A stretch of 64,000 bases of DNA from the NCBI GenBank assembly GCA_951406725.2, contig OX597830.1, forward strand, positions 22,630,001 to 22,694,000. Reading direction: 5' to 3'. Below the pieces are notes generated by a model, which saw nothing but the letters and a program-made list of their open reading frames with translations, was not told the origin of the DNA and did no database searches. Positions 26,723 through 39,635 of the stretch are shown in pieces; within the stretch, counting starts at the first letter, position 1; each line of letters opens with the position of its first letter. The position numbers and the translations under genes were made by a program. This stretch comes from Octopus vulgaris. Taxonomy: Eukaryota.

Positions 26723-27469
26723 TATATACATACACATAAGCATATACACAGACACACCTGGACATAACATACATTTAAAATTTTCCAACCATACACACAC
26801 ACACACACACACATACATACAATACACAAACACACACGAAAGAATGAGCAGGTAAAAAGAAAGCAACATAAGAACGAACGAACTAAAATTAAACTCCACT
26901 GAACGAAAAATAATATACTTTGGTAGACTTTGTGGAAAGAAGCAGCATGCTGTACGTGAAGAGTGAGTGGTGTGTTTTGTGTGTGTGTGTGAAGGCGACT
27001 GGTTAAGAAACTTGGGCGATTTTATAACTTTTGGTATAAGAGTTAAAAACAAAATACAAAAGAACAGTAATATGAACTTCACTAGACTGGGTGGCGAAAC
27101 AAGTTTATTACACTTGTCTCAAAAATTTGGAATGAGTTTGACGGTGAACTGTGAAAGAACACCTGTAATAAATAATGAGACTCGGTTCATTTTTAAGCAG
27201 CTGGTTTAAGAGTAGGCTATGGGGGCGGGGGGGGGATAGTCGGAACTATTAAAATGTGAAAGATGGTGTTTAATTCTAAAGCGACTGGAGGTTTAAAAAG
27301 AGACGAAGTAGGAAATGAAGCGGATTAAAGGGATGTCTGTGTGGTAAGAAGTTTGCTTCCCAACTACATGGTTCCGGGTTCAGTTCCACTGCGTGGCACC
27401 TGAGGCAAGTATTTTTTTTTTACTATAGCCTCGGGCCGACCAAACCTTTGTTAGCGGATTTGGTGGATC

Positions 27470-27835
27470 GGATCTTTTCGCTTTGACCGGCAGATTTTAA
27501 AAATAATTTCCACGTAACTAAACACTTTTAAACTTCGTATACTGGTAGAATGTGTTTATAAAAAAGATCTTTTTCTCTTGGCTTTCTTGAGAAAATTCTG
27601 TAGTTTGTAAGCTATTTGTTGTTTAATTTCTTGCATTTCGGCAATTTCAACCAATCAATGACGTCTATTGAGGTGAAGACAATATCTCCGGATCTTTGTC
27701 AACAACAATTATTTGCGGTGTCATATGAATTTGTCACTGTTATTTATGACATATTTCATATCAGTTACGTTCGTATGAATAAAAGATTATTTTAAAAATT
27801 ATTTTTAAAATCTGCCGGTCAAAGCGAAAAGATCC
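27470..27835. mobile_element. GGATC-MITE, subfamily 2 (about 40-bp TIR), inserted in SINE A
   Basis: TIR GGATCTTTTCGCTTTGACCGGCAGATTTTAAAAATAATTT; 8-bp TSD GATTTGGT; extra GGATC at 27465-27469. Confidence 0.92.
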
Positions 27836-29057
27836 GATTTGGTAGACGGACGCTGAAAGAAGCCCGTCGTGTATGTGTGTATCTTTGTGTCAGCTTATGA
27901 ACAGTATCTCCTCTGAAAGAGAGAGTGAGTGCAACTCCAGAAGATCGGAGAACAACAGACGATAACTGGACGAACAAACAATACGCGGTAAATTATGGTT
28001 TCAAATTTTGGCGCAAAAGGATAAAAAGGTTAAGTCAACCTCGGCGGAATTTGAACTCAGAACGTAAAGAGCCTGAACAAATTGCTGCTAAGCATTTTAT
28101 CCAGCGTGCTACCGATTCTGTCAGCTCACTGCCTTTATACGCAGTAAACATTAAGATATAGCAATGCTATAGGTATACATTAGAAATGGCAATTTAATAA
28201 GAAATAGCAATATTATAAGTGTACAATAAAATGGCAATGTAATAAATGAGTTATGCCATAAAATAGAATAAGTTATACAGCAAAATATGTAACTGAGCTG
28301 AGAATAAGAAATATTAGGGGGGAAAAGTGTGTAGTGTATTGGAGTCGGCTGTTAAAAAGAAAAAGCAGGGCAAAAGAAACAAGGCTTGCAAAGCATATTT
28401 CTAGAAGGTTACAAATCTTATTTAGCTTGTTTAGCTAACGGTAAATTATAACTAAGGTGTAAAACTCAACAGAAAATTTATATATACATGTGTGCGTATA
28501 TTATATTATTACATAGAAGAGATTATCCAAACTGTCCACATGAAAGACATCTTCGCATTCAAGATATCGATTGTATGTATGCAGATATTTTTTTCCTTTT
28601 AAATGGAAAAAAAAGAATCATTCAAGTTGAAATTTCAGGTGAATTATAATATTTGCAGAGTATGTATTAATACAAAGGCTGAAATTATTTTAAGACTGTT
28701 TGCACGTAGCATTAAAATGATGCCATGCATTCCAGTCCTTGTTTTAATACATGCTTACTCTTCAAATATATATAAATCCGAAAATGAAGCACACTAGAGT
28801 AGTGGAATATATAGACAAAGGTAGATATGAACGGTCTATGGGGTTACCCTGGGTTTCACGTCCATAAAGGCCACTTGCTAGAGAGGTCATAGGCCAACGG
28901 ATTTAGAGTCTGAAGAAACGATGTAAAGCGAAGCACTTTATTGATGTGAAACCCCGGGTCACAACATAGACCGTCCGTCCATCCATCCATCTATCTATCT
29001 ATATGGCAACAGAAGTGTGAATAGAAGAGACAAAATATTCACAAATGTAGGGGTTTG

Positions 29058-29467
29058 GGATCTTTTCGGTTTGAACGGCATTTTTTAAAAATAATTTCCA
29101 CGTAACTAAACACTTTTAAACTTCGTATACTGATAGAATGTGTTTATAAAACATCTTTTTCTCTTGGCTTTATTGAGAAAATTCTATAGTTTGTAAGATA
29201 TTTGTTGTTTTTTTCTTCAATTTCTGCAATTTCAACCAATCAATGACGTCTATTGGGGTGAAAACATTCTGTGCCGTATGAATATGTCCCTCGTTTAAGA
29301 AACAGATTGGGTTTATTTACATTTGTGAAGAAAAAAAAAGATACCCTTCCCTCACCCCTAACCCTAAAAGAGATTGGAATGCAATAGATCGATTCTAGGG
29401 TCATAATTATGGGTGACAATTTCATATGATACCGCTAGAAAAACTGCCGTTCAAACCGAAAAGATCC
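29058..29467. mobile_element. GGATC-MITE, subfamily 1 (opposite orientation to the other three)
   Basis: TIR GGATCTTTTCGGTTTGAACGGCA; TSD GGGGTTTG / GGGGTTTT. Confidence 0.92.
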
Positions 29468-30029
29468 GGGGTTTTATTATAAAGCAAAGGATGGAGACAG
29501 TAGGTAAAAGTAAAATTTATTCCCTTATTGAGTTTATAGTTCCAATACGAGATTACATCTAGTTACGTGCTTACTCTTATATGTCTTTCGTCTCATTCTC
29601 CATTCATCTTTACAGTGTTTCATCTTTCAATTTCTCTATTCTCTCTTCCTTCTACTCCTTACTTACATGCATGCAAATTCCTCTCTCGTCATCTCAACTC
29701 AATCTGTATATTAACTCTCTATCTGTTTCGTCTATAAGTTAATTTTTTCATCTCTCTCCCTCTATGTTTTTTTTATATTATTATTTAACTTTTACATTAT
29801 TATTTAACCTCGTCACTTTCGTTTTCAAATATTTCCAACCACACTGTCTTTCTCTTGATTTAACTGTATTCTAAACCATCTCTCGCAAATGATCATTCAC
29901 ACGAAAAGCTCACCCGAGCAAAACATTTGGCCGTTTGTCAAGAATCACTTTAATAAATGATATCTATACATGGAATATAACACCGCTTTGAATTCTTTAT
30001 CTGAGTGGCATTTAGCTTACAACTAACCT

Positions 30030-30215
30030 CTCTTTCTCACACACCAATGACTACTCTCCAGAGGTTGGATAGAGGACTATTCCATAACATTTGTTTTCGG
30101 GTACCTGATACCCAATTTTGGCAATCTATGCAACCCATCTCTCCATCATGTTCATTGTCATGTTCTGTTTCATTTGCAATCTCTCAGAATCCAGTCTGTC
30201 AGCTTTCTCAACCAC
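30030..30215 (-). pseudogene. Highly decayed RTE-clade LINE C-terminal fragment
   Basis: Reads WLRKLTDWILRDCK*NRT*Q*T*WRD, similar to W...T.W.PRD.KR.RGR..TRW.D. Confidence 0.5.
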
Positions 30216-30621
30216 TTTCTGGAATAACATACACACATGCATGTGCACGCATATTTAATGACTTATTTTAATCAGAGGTGCACTAAGCAGAGTCGAATGA
30301 AATACAGTTTATGTATAATCATATCTGACATGTTCGTGTACAGTGGGACACGGAAAGGCATACGCTGCAGAAATCAATACACTTAGTGTGAAAGACACGC
30401 CACTGGGTTAGTGAATCTAAAATCAATTATTTCCAGCTTCACAAAGCATTTCGCTCATCAACAAATATACCATTTGCTGTTCTTATATATGAAAGCGACC
30501 AGCTGTTAGTGGCCATGAACGTCGGCTCTGTATATGTATGTAACTGATGAAGCGTAACGGAGCAGAAACGCATGCCATTCATGGCCAGATGATGTGTTGA
30601 CATCTATATTACCTATAAGAA

Positions 30622-31013
30622 AAGCGGCGAGCTGGCAGAAATTGTTAGCACGCCGGGCGAAATGCTTTGCGGTATTTCGTCCGCCGCTGAGTTCTGAGTT
30701 CAAATTCCGCCGAGGTCGACTTTGCCTTTCATCCTTTCGGGGTCGATAAATTAAGCACCAGTTACGCACTGGGGTTGATATAATCGACTTAACCCGTTTG
30801 TCTGTCCTCTATGTGTTTAGCCCCTTGTGGGTAGTAAAGAAATAGGTATTTCGTCAGCCGTTACGTTCTGAGTTCAAATTCCACCAAGGTCGACTTTGCC
30901 TTTCATCCTTTCGGGGTCGATAAATTAAGCACCAGTTACGCACTGGGGTCGATATAATCGACTGGTCCCCTCCTTGCCAAAAAATTTCGGCCCTTGTGCC
31001 TAGAGTAAAAAAG
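30622..31013 (+). mobile_element. Dimeric SINE B with a 17-bp TSD
   Basis: TSD TATATTA(C/T)CTATAAGAA; body repeated after the junction AAAGAAATAGGTATTTCGTC. Confidence 0.9.
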
Positions 31014-31617
31014 TATATTATCTATAAGAAGGAATATCCTTTCTCGAGAAAATTTGTACAGCTTATTGTCTTACCCTGTTCGAGTTTATAGAAGCAACTT
31101 AAATATGATTGTATATAGCTATATTGATATTTTAATACACACACATACACATGATGGCATTAGTTATCTACAAAGCACTTTTTTCTATATCAGCAGGGGG
31201 CTATTTTTTTTCAAGGGCCACCTAATTGTGGTCCCATCCGACACGCCAATTTTTACTGCATTTTAAACTAAATACATGGCACTGGCGATCAAATCGGAGC
31301 AATGACAATGAATTTCATACCATAAACTCCCAGGGAGTATCGTAAGGAGGTTCAATTTCTGAAGGGCCGCTTAAATGGGGCCCCACTAACACCCTTATTT
31401 TTACTGCATTTCTTTGCTCCTACGCTTATTGATTAAACTATGATCAGCATCAGTGCTTGGCACATTTGCAGAAATAAGTTTGGACATTCTAAAGACCTTC
31501 ATGCACATTCAAATCGAGATAAAGAGTTACAACAGGTACGTTTCAAGTGTGGTAGTGTGGATATATATATATTTTGTAGTTTATTGAAACTTATGTCTAG
31601 TATGTATATAATATCTA

Positions 31618-32065
31618 GTTAATCCAAACATGAAAACACAAAGAGAAAACACAACAACGCGAGGACGTGGAACAAGTATAGTGTTATTGGACGCTCAGGA
31701 ACGCAAAGAAAGAAGGAGGATTTAACGTTTCGAGCGGAGATCTTCGTCAGAAACATAGGAAAAGGAAAGATCCAAGGAAGGGAAGACGGAGGACAAAAAT
31801 CGCCAACGATACACACGCGGTCACATTTTGAATAAATAAATATATATAAATAAATAAAATATATATATATATATATATATATATGGAGAATTCACAAAAA
31901 AACAAAAAAACGAAGACAGGTGGTGTAGACAACAAACAGATGTATTAGTTTAACGCTCGGGAAGTGAAAAATTCTTTAATATTTCGAACCTATACTCTTC
32001 CTCAGAAAGGAACACAGAAAGAAACAAAGAGAGAAAATAAAGAATGTGTAGTGGCTAGCGATCCA
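31618..32065 (-). mobile_element. Two adjacent Penelope-like terminal (pLTR-type) fragments with hammerhead-like cores; relatives at 49053-49235(-) and 41620-41800(+)
   Basis: Minus strand CTGACGA-A-GATC TCC GCTC-GAAAC GT and CTGAGGA-A-GAGT ATAG GTTC-GAAA; sequence shared with other loci; separated by (TA)n. Confidence 0.6.
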
Positions 32066-32457
32066 AGGTGAACAGATCACCTTCTATTTCTACCTTACCT
32101 TTTTATGTTTAAAATTTGTCTGACGATAGTGGGTTTTTTTTTGCCATGATGTCATCTGAGAATACATCAATAAAATGCTGCTGCAACAGTTGCGAATTTT
32201 GAATCCCACTTTTGTTCAAGCATTCCTAGGTTGGATCGACAGTTTAAATTGGATTGGGCACCTATGTATTTATGTATCTGTCTATGTATATATTTACATA
32301 TATAGAAAGGTGTGTGTGTGTGTGCTTACAGTGTACTACCAACAAATGACAACTATGAGTTGCTTCAACGTACTGGAGGTTCAGTACGAAGTACCCGACC
32401 AATCCTGGTGCCCTACATGCTGATATACCAAGATTCTACTGAATCCTGCAACTGATC

Positions 32458-32557
<100 letters not shown>

Positions 32558-32817
32558 AAATGGGACAAGAACGCAAAATATTCAAATAGACGATACAAAA
32601 AACACGGACAGATAATTCGAAGCCTCTAATCTTCAGTCAAGAATCGGATCATCCTCGCAATTTCGGCTGATTAATCTTGAGATTGCTCCGATCTGGCCAG
32701 CCCCAAGGAAAAACTAAGCTACGAGCATTAGATTTCACGACGGGCTTTTTGGTTTCTTTCAGTTTCCGCTCACCAAATTCCTTCACGAGGCTTTGGTCGG
32801 CCCGGGAGGATATGGTA

Positions 32818-32997
32818 CAGGCCCATCGTCAGACTTCAGTGCCTGGAGGTGCTTCAGAATATACTGGGTGGAGACTAATTTGCAATAATGGTAAAGTGGT
32901 TTCGAAATAAGTGTGTCACTGTAAATCTGAGGGTACACCATTGAATAGCGAGGGGGGGCAGTGCTGTCTCCAGTGCACCCCCGTATGGACGGGCATG
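32818..32997. mobile_element. hAT-like MITE inserted in SINE A
   Basis: Ends CAGGCCCATC...GACGGGCATG; TSD ATATGGTA / ATACGGTA; homologue at 39492. Confidence 0.8.
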
Positions 32998-33385
32998 ATA
33001 CGGTAGAAGACACTTGCCTAAGGTACCACACAAACCCAAGATCACATGGTTGGGAAACAAGCTTTTTAACAATACAAGTTATGAAGAAAAAAAATCTTTT
33101 TTAATGATAACACAAATATCAAGCATGAAGAAGGAATCGGTCAACATCTTTAATGAGATGCGGACTAAAAAGGGCAGAGCTGCGGCTAAACAACGATTAA
33201 TATGCAAGACGGAACTGATGACAACGTCGGACGAATCTGATTTGGCTCTATTGATGAAATGGCAAAATATATGTAAATTAGTCATGAAACCATCTACCAA
33301 TGAAATCGTCTACAACACGGATTTTGGAAGGTTTAATAAATGACGACAGCGGTCACAAGATCACTACACATACATACACACATAT

Positions 33386-33615
33386 ACTCTTTACTCTTTT
33401 ACTAGTTTCAGTCATTTGACTGCGGCCATGCAGGAGCACCGCCTTTAGTCGAGCAAAATCGACCCCAGGACTTATTCTTTGTAAGCCTAGTACTTATTCT
33501 ATCGGTCTCATTTGCCGAACCGCTATTTAACGGGGACGTAAACACACCAGCATCGGTTGTCAAGCGATGTTGGGGGAACAAACACAGACACACAAACATA
33601 TACACACACACACAC

Positions 33616-33667
<52 letters not shown>

Positions 33668-33812
33668 GACGGGCTTCTTTCAGTTTCCGTCTACCAAATC
33701 CACTCACAAGGCATTGGTCGGCCCGAGGCTATAGCAGAAGACACTTGCCCAAGATGCCACGCAGTGGGACTGAACCCGGAACCATGTGGTTGGTAAGCAA
33801 GCTACTTACCAT
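33386..33812 (-). mobile_element. SINE A copy with CpGs intact
   Basis: Near-consensus. Confidence 0.93.
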
Positions 33813-33835
33813 ATTTTATTTTATACTTTGTTTAT

Positions 33836-34190
33836 AGGCTGCGTAGTAAGAAGTTTGCTTCTTAGACCACATGGTTTCGGATTCAGTCACACCACGTAGC
33901 ATTTTGGGCAAGCGTCTTCTATTATAGCCCCAGGCCGACCCAAATCTTCTGAGCGGATTTGGTCGCCGGAAACTGAAAGAAGCCCGTCACGCGCGCGCGC
34001 ATGTATGTATGTATATGTATTTTGTTTGTGCTTGCCTCACACCACCGCTTCACAACCGGTAGATGTTCCTTTACATCCCCTAAAATAGCGGTTTGGCAAA
34101 AATACAAGACACATACTAACTGGGGTCAATTTGTTCGACTCAAACCCTACAAGGCGGTGCCCCAGCATGGCCGCAGTCCAATGACTGAAA
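33836..34190 (+). mobile_element. SINE A copy (older), head-to-head with the preceding copy
   Basis: Diverged family A match. Confidence 0.85.
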
Positions 34191-34227
34191 TGTGTGTGTG
34201 TGTATATATAATGTATGTATGCATATG

Positions 34228-34267
<40 letters not shown>

Positions 34268-34418
34268 CATATATGTATACATGTATATATGTTTATATGT
34301 ATATATATATATATATATATGTATATGTTTATGGCGGTGCCCCAGCATGGCCACAGCTCATTAGCTGAAACTGGAAAAATCATATATATACATATATATA
34401 TATATATTTGTATATATG

Positions 34419-34471
<53 letters not shown>

Positions 34472-34716
34472 GTATATATATTCGCATACATATATATATG
34501 TGTATGCATGTATATATGTTTATATATATATGTATATATATTTATATATATTCGTATATATGTATATATATGTGTATATATATGTATATATATATGCATA
34601 CATATATATATATATGTATATGTATGCATGTATATATGTAGATGCTTATATATATTTATATATATGTATATGTGTGTATGTATATATATTTGTATATATG
34701 CATATGTGTGTGTATA
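34191..34716. repeat. Long (TA)n/(TG)n microsatellite containing a second SINE-tail fragment
   Basis: Direct inspection; GGCGGTGCCCCAGCATGGCC recurs at 34333. Confidence 0.92.
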
Positions 34717-35642
34717 AAATACACATACCGTCATTCGTACAGCAAAACTACACAAACGCAACAAACCCCGACACAATTACAGTCCCAATAGAAAGAACAC
34801 CCATTACACAGAACCACACATTACGTAGACAGGAGAAGCACGCATCAAATACCGACACAGTGTAAACACGTTACACGCACTGCTTATGTATGTAAACACT
34901 ACAGTCTCACATGCATACACAGAACTTAGGGGAACAGTAGTCACGAGTTGTTGTTTAGCCCCAGGTGAACCCTGTTTAGTCGTGACCATTTCGTCTTAAT
35001 ATTATAATAATCAAGAACTAGATTATCTAAAGTGTCTTCTACTTTTTTTTCAAAGACGATGGGCATGATTTAAGGGAGATTCGGCTGCTATTTCTAGCAG
35101 GTCGGGGAGGACATGGATACACCGTCTCGGGAACCACTACATGGTTGTTCGTCTTGCTACAAATAATAACGAAATTTCGGTGAAATTACACGCCGTTGCC
35201 TTAAAAACCAAAACACGTTAAATAGTATATTCCTGGATATATCACAAGATGGTCACGGCCGGAGTGCTTTTGATCATAAGAGTTTCCTCGAGTCTCCTCA
35301 TACATACTACGAGAAACTTTACAAACTATATAAATATATATATATTTCTTTACTACCCACAAGGGGTTAAACACAGAGAGGACAAACAAGGACAGACAAA
35401 CGGATTAGGTCGATTACATCGACCCCAGTACGTAACTGGTACTTAATTTATCGACCCCGAAAGGATGAAAGGCAAAGTCGACCTCGGCGGAATATATATA
35501 TATATATATATCGTTTGTTTTCATATTCAGTTATAATAAAAATAACTTTACATTATTTTGGAAGGCTAATCCATACTTTTGCAGAATAACAAATTAATTA
35601 TTCTTAACACACACATATATATAAACTAAATAGTGACACATA

Positions 35643-35690
<48 letters not shown>

Positions 35691-36239
35691 CACATTCACA
35701 AAAACTGCAGACATCGCACATGCACACATCGACTACCAATCATTATTACTAACCCTAAACCTTTGCTGTAATCGTTATTATTACCACCACACATAACAAA
35801 GAAACACACGACATACACAGAACTTCGAGAAATGGCGGTCACGAGTTGTTTAGTCCCAGGTCAGACGTGATTGGGTAGATAGATCTATGATCAAAGACGT
35901 TCTAGCCGTGACCATTCACACTATCATTACCACCGTCTTCACTAACCAATTAATCTACCTCTACCTATCTATCTATCTATCTATCTATCTAATTACCTGC
36001 CTGCCCACCTACACACACGCAGTGGAAGTCGATTATTATTATTATCAAATGGTTTTTGTCATTAAAATTAATGGAAATACGCTCAGAATACTGTTCTAGC
36101 TTCCGTTTAATGTTATCAGGTGGTTATTGTTATTTAAAAGAATCTCTGTGCCTAAGTGATTTCAACAAGCAGTTTCGAGTGTGTATGAGTATAATCATAC
36201 ACACACATACACGTTACTCTGTGTGCATGTGTCGACGAG

Positions 36240-36667
36240 GGAGGCCTTTCCAAGAAATAGCAGCCAAATCTCATTCAAATCACGTCCCTACCCTATTTAA
36301 AATAAAGGATACACTTCGCAATGTAGTCCCTGATAAATGGGTAATAAGAGTTTGGAATGGTCAAGGTTGTAACGCCGTTGACCAGGCGTTTCTTCAGTGA
36401 GAGCTCAAACGAGTGAGGTTCTATGTGGTCGCTCAACTTGCTAGAAATGGCAACCAAATCGCCTTCAAATATCATCCCACACAATTTTGGGAAATGAACG
36501 AACGAGCACAAAGGATTTTGGATCATGTGGTCCTAGACAGCTTTAGAACAGACGAGGTGGTCGTGGTTGGAATACCTACCTTTCTTTGATTATGAGTTTG
36601 TTCGATTAGAACAAAGTAACGACGACCACCAACACCATTACTACTACTACTACTACTGCTGCTGTTG

Positions 36668-36705
<38 letters not shown>

Positions 36706-36950
36706 GCTACTATTGTAAGAATCACCGTCATAAATAGCAAACCAATATCACCATTATTGTTATAAGAGACATGCTAGAAATAATAACCAAATTTCACATC
36801 AAGAAAAGGAAAGGACACCACTCAATAATGTTAGTCTTCGATACATTATGCCCGCAAAGAAAAGAAAAAGGAAGACGCAGATCAAGGCTGCCTTTGATCA
36901 ATGGTTTGGCAGGATCAAGTCCTGATCTGGGGGTTAAACACCAACAACAA
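36240..36950 (+). mobile_element. Cluster of three old copies of another interspersed repeat (family D); relatives near 4630-4835, 34930-35110(-), 35830(-)
   Basis: Shared GAAATAGCAGCCAAATC...ATAATGTAGT...GCCTTTGATC...CTGGGG(C/T)TAAACAAC motifs. Confidence 0.6.
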
Positions 36951-37794
36951 TTTCCACCACCAGGGATGGATCACAGCAACCACCACAACCACTGGGACTG
37001 CTACGAAGGCACCGAGACACCCGGCCGCCATGCCGCATTACGTCCTGTCCCCCCGCCCCTAGTCGTCTCCACCACCACCACCACACAGTGGAAGGAAACC
37101 CAAAGCAGGCCATTAGTGATATATTAAGAGTGTGAAGAGGTATATGGTGTGTGAGAAGCGAGACCAGACCTGCCTGTCTCTCTGTCTATATGTATGTGAG
37201 ACGTGTAGTACTAAGTTCATATGAGCGGAAATAGTCCGTATCTCTCTCTCGATTATATATATATTTATATATAAACACACGCATTGTTACGTAAACATAC
37301 TTAGACACACACATACACACACACATATATATATATACGTATACATACGCGCATACGAAAAGAGAGAGAGATAGACAAACCCGCAGACAGACAGTTTATT
37401 TAGAATGAATGAAATTTTATGTATCGAGCAGTACTCGCTTTCTTGTACAGACGACTGTGCGCGAACTTACGTACGTACACACTTACACGCATATACATGA
37501 AGCAATCGCATAACCCCTTACACATACACATACGGAAGAAATTGTACACATACACATACGCGGAAGAAATCGTACACATATACACATAATCTCTGTATAT
37601 AATTTACACGCTACAGGCAAGGCAAACTAGTAAAAGAGATTTAGAGAAATCAAGGTGCGTATACAATGAAAGAAATATGATGGCTGAAAGTATTTACATA
37701 GTATATATATATACTATATATATATATACATATATATAGATATATGTATGAAAATGTGTGTGTGTGCGTGCGTAAGTGTGTGTGCGCGCATATT

Positions 37795-38190
37795 CGTGAG
37801 GCAACTGGGCGGAGCAAGTTCAGGAAACAACTGAATCAGAAAGGAAGCAAGAAAGAGAGAGAGAGAAAATAAGTTCAGGAAGAAGTGGGGGGAGGGGAGG
37901 GGCGTGAGGAGGAGTAAAGTTAAACGAGAGGGGAGACGTTTAACCACGCCGCCGCCTAGCTCTGTCTCCACCACCGGTGCCACAGTCGCCACCAAGGGAG
38001 CCAGCGAGACTGGGTTGTCATAGTAAGAGCTGAAAGGAAAAAAGAAAAGCCAGTCTTCTTTTTCTCTCTCTCTCTCTCTCGGTAGGAAGGTTGCTAGTTC
38101 TGCTTGACACAACACCACCCTCACGTGACCTTCATTTACTTCTCCCCTCCCCCCCTGCCTTCTCTTATCGGTAACAGTGCGTGCTTGTGT
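37795..38190. promoter_or_regulatory. CpG/GC-rich unique patch; candidate promoter or regulatory element
   Basis: GC boxes GGGCGG (37807) and GGGGCGTG (37899), E-box TCACGTGA (38121), (GA)n tracts, CpGs retained; no similarity to repeats in the window. Confidence 0.35.
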
Positions 38191-38202
38191 GCCCGTGCGT
38201 GC

Positions 38203-38240
<38 letters not shown>

Positions 38241-38501
38241 GTGTATGCTCACGCATCTACACAGGCAGATGTATGTTTATACATGAAGAGATGTAAAAAA
38301 AGCATCCATTCATCCACACACACACACACACATGCTTAAAGCTGAGTTTCTCAAGACTAAATTTAAATATTTGCGTGTTAGTGTTGGTTCCTCCCCATCG
38401 CTTGACAACAGGTCTTCGTTTGTTTATGTCCGCGTAACTAGCATTTCGGCAAAAAGAGATCCGATAGAATAACCAACAGGCTTAAAAAAAAAAAATAAGC
38501 A

Positions 38502-38920
38502 GGATCTTTTCGGTTTGAACGGCAGTTTTTTTCTAGCGGTGTCGTATGAAATTGTCACCCATAATTATGACCCTAGTATTGATCTATTGCATTTCAATCT
38601 ATTTTAGGGTTAGGGTTACGGGTGGGGGAAGGGTATCTTTTTTTTCTTCAGAAATGTGAATAAACCCAATCTGTTTCTTAAACGAGGGACATTTTCATAC
38701 GGCACAGAATGTTTTCACCCCAATAGACGTCATTGATTGGTTGAAATTGCAGAAATTGAAGAAAAAAAACAACAAATATATTACAAACTATAGAATTTTC
38801 TCAATAAAGCCAAGAGAAAAAGATGTTTTATAAACACATTCTACCAGTATACGAAGTTGAAAAGTGTTTAGTTACGTGGAAATTATTTTTAAAAAACTGC
38901 TGTTCAAACCGAAAAGATCC
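38502..38920. mobile_element. GGATC-MITE, subfamily 1, inserted in the 3' half of a SINE A
   Basis: TIRs of about 29 bp; 8-bp TSD AATAAGCA. Confidence 0.93.
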
Positions 38921-39491
38921 AATAAGCACTGGGATGGATGATTTGTTCGACTAAAACACTTTCAGGCAGTGAGTGCCCCAGCATGGCCGTAGTCTAATGA
39001 CCGAAACTAGTAAAGGATAAAAGACACACACACACACATGTATTTATACATATATGATTACTTTTTACCCCTACATAAAGCAGAAACTGAGAATGCTACA
39101 AGTGTTAAAAATACATTGAGACGATACTAAGGCACTTGAGTAACGGCTATAATAGTATTCTCTAATAATGCTGTGTGTGTGTGTGTAATAACACACACAC
39201 ACACATGTAAGGGAATATGTATTAAATGTTCCATGCTGCTTTGTGGTATATTTTGGGGTCTCTTGTTTCCGTTTAATTCACTTAGATTTAATTCCATTGC
39301 ACCGACTACCTGTTGAGTCGCTGTGTGCTAGCATTGAACATTTTATCTCGCTGAGACGAACCAACGCAGCACTGCCTAAGTTCACGTGCTTCTATTTCCT
39401 TTGTGTGTGTGAGTGAGAGAGAGAGAGAAAGAGAGAGAGAGATAGAGCAGGTGAGATCCAGAGATGCTCAATTTAGAAAACACGCTCAAAT

Positions 39492-39635
39492 CAGGCTCGT
39501 CGCCAGACTCCGACGACTGCAAAGTGCTTCAGAATATTCTTGGTGGGTAGTAAATTTGTAATAATGCTTAAAGTGGAGTAAATCTGAGGGTGCAAATGCC
39601 GTCCAGTGAGTGCACCCTCTTAGCGACAAGGCATG
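39492..39635. mobile_element. hAT-like MITE, same family as 32818
   Basis: TSD GCTCAAAT / GCTCAAAC; shared GTGCTTCAGAATAT...GTAAATCTGAGGGT core. Confidence 0.75.

Noticed and set aside
26101-27082. Long ORFs and a CRISPR-like look (constant repeat plus variable spacer)
   Set aside because: Spacers are only dinucleotide runs, the context is eukaryotic and there are no cas genes; it is a minisatellite
34001-34865. ORFs of 149-238 aa
   Set aside because: SINE tail plus microsatellite read-through
38600-38635. TTAGGG repeats as a true or fused telomere
   Set aside because: Only 2-3 units, always internal to the MITE
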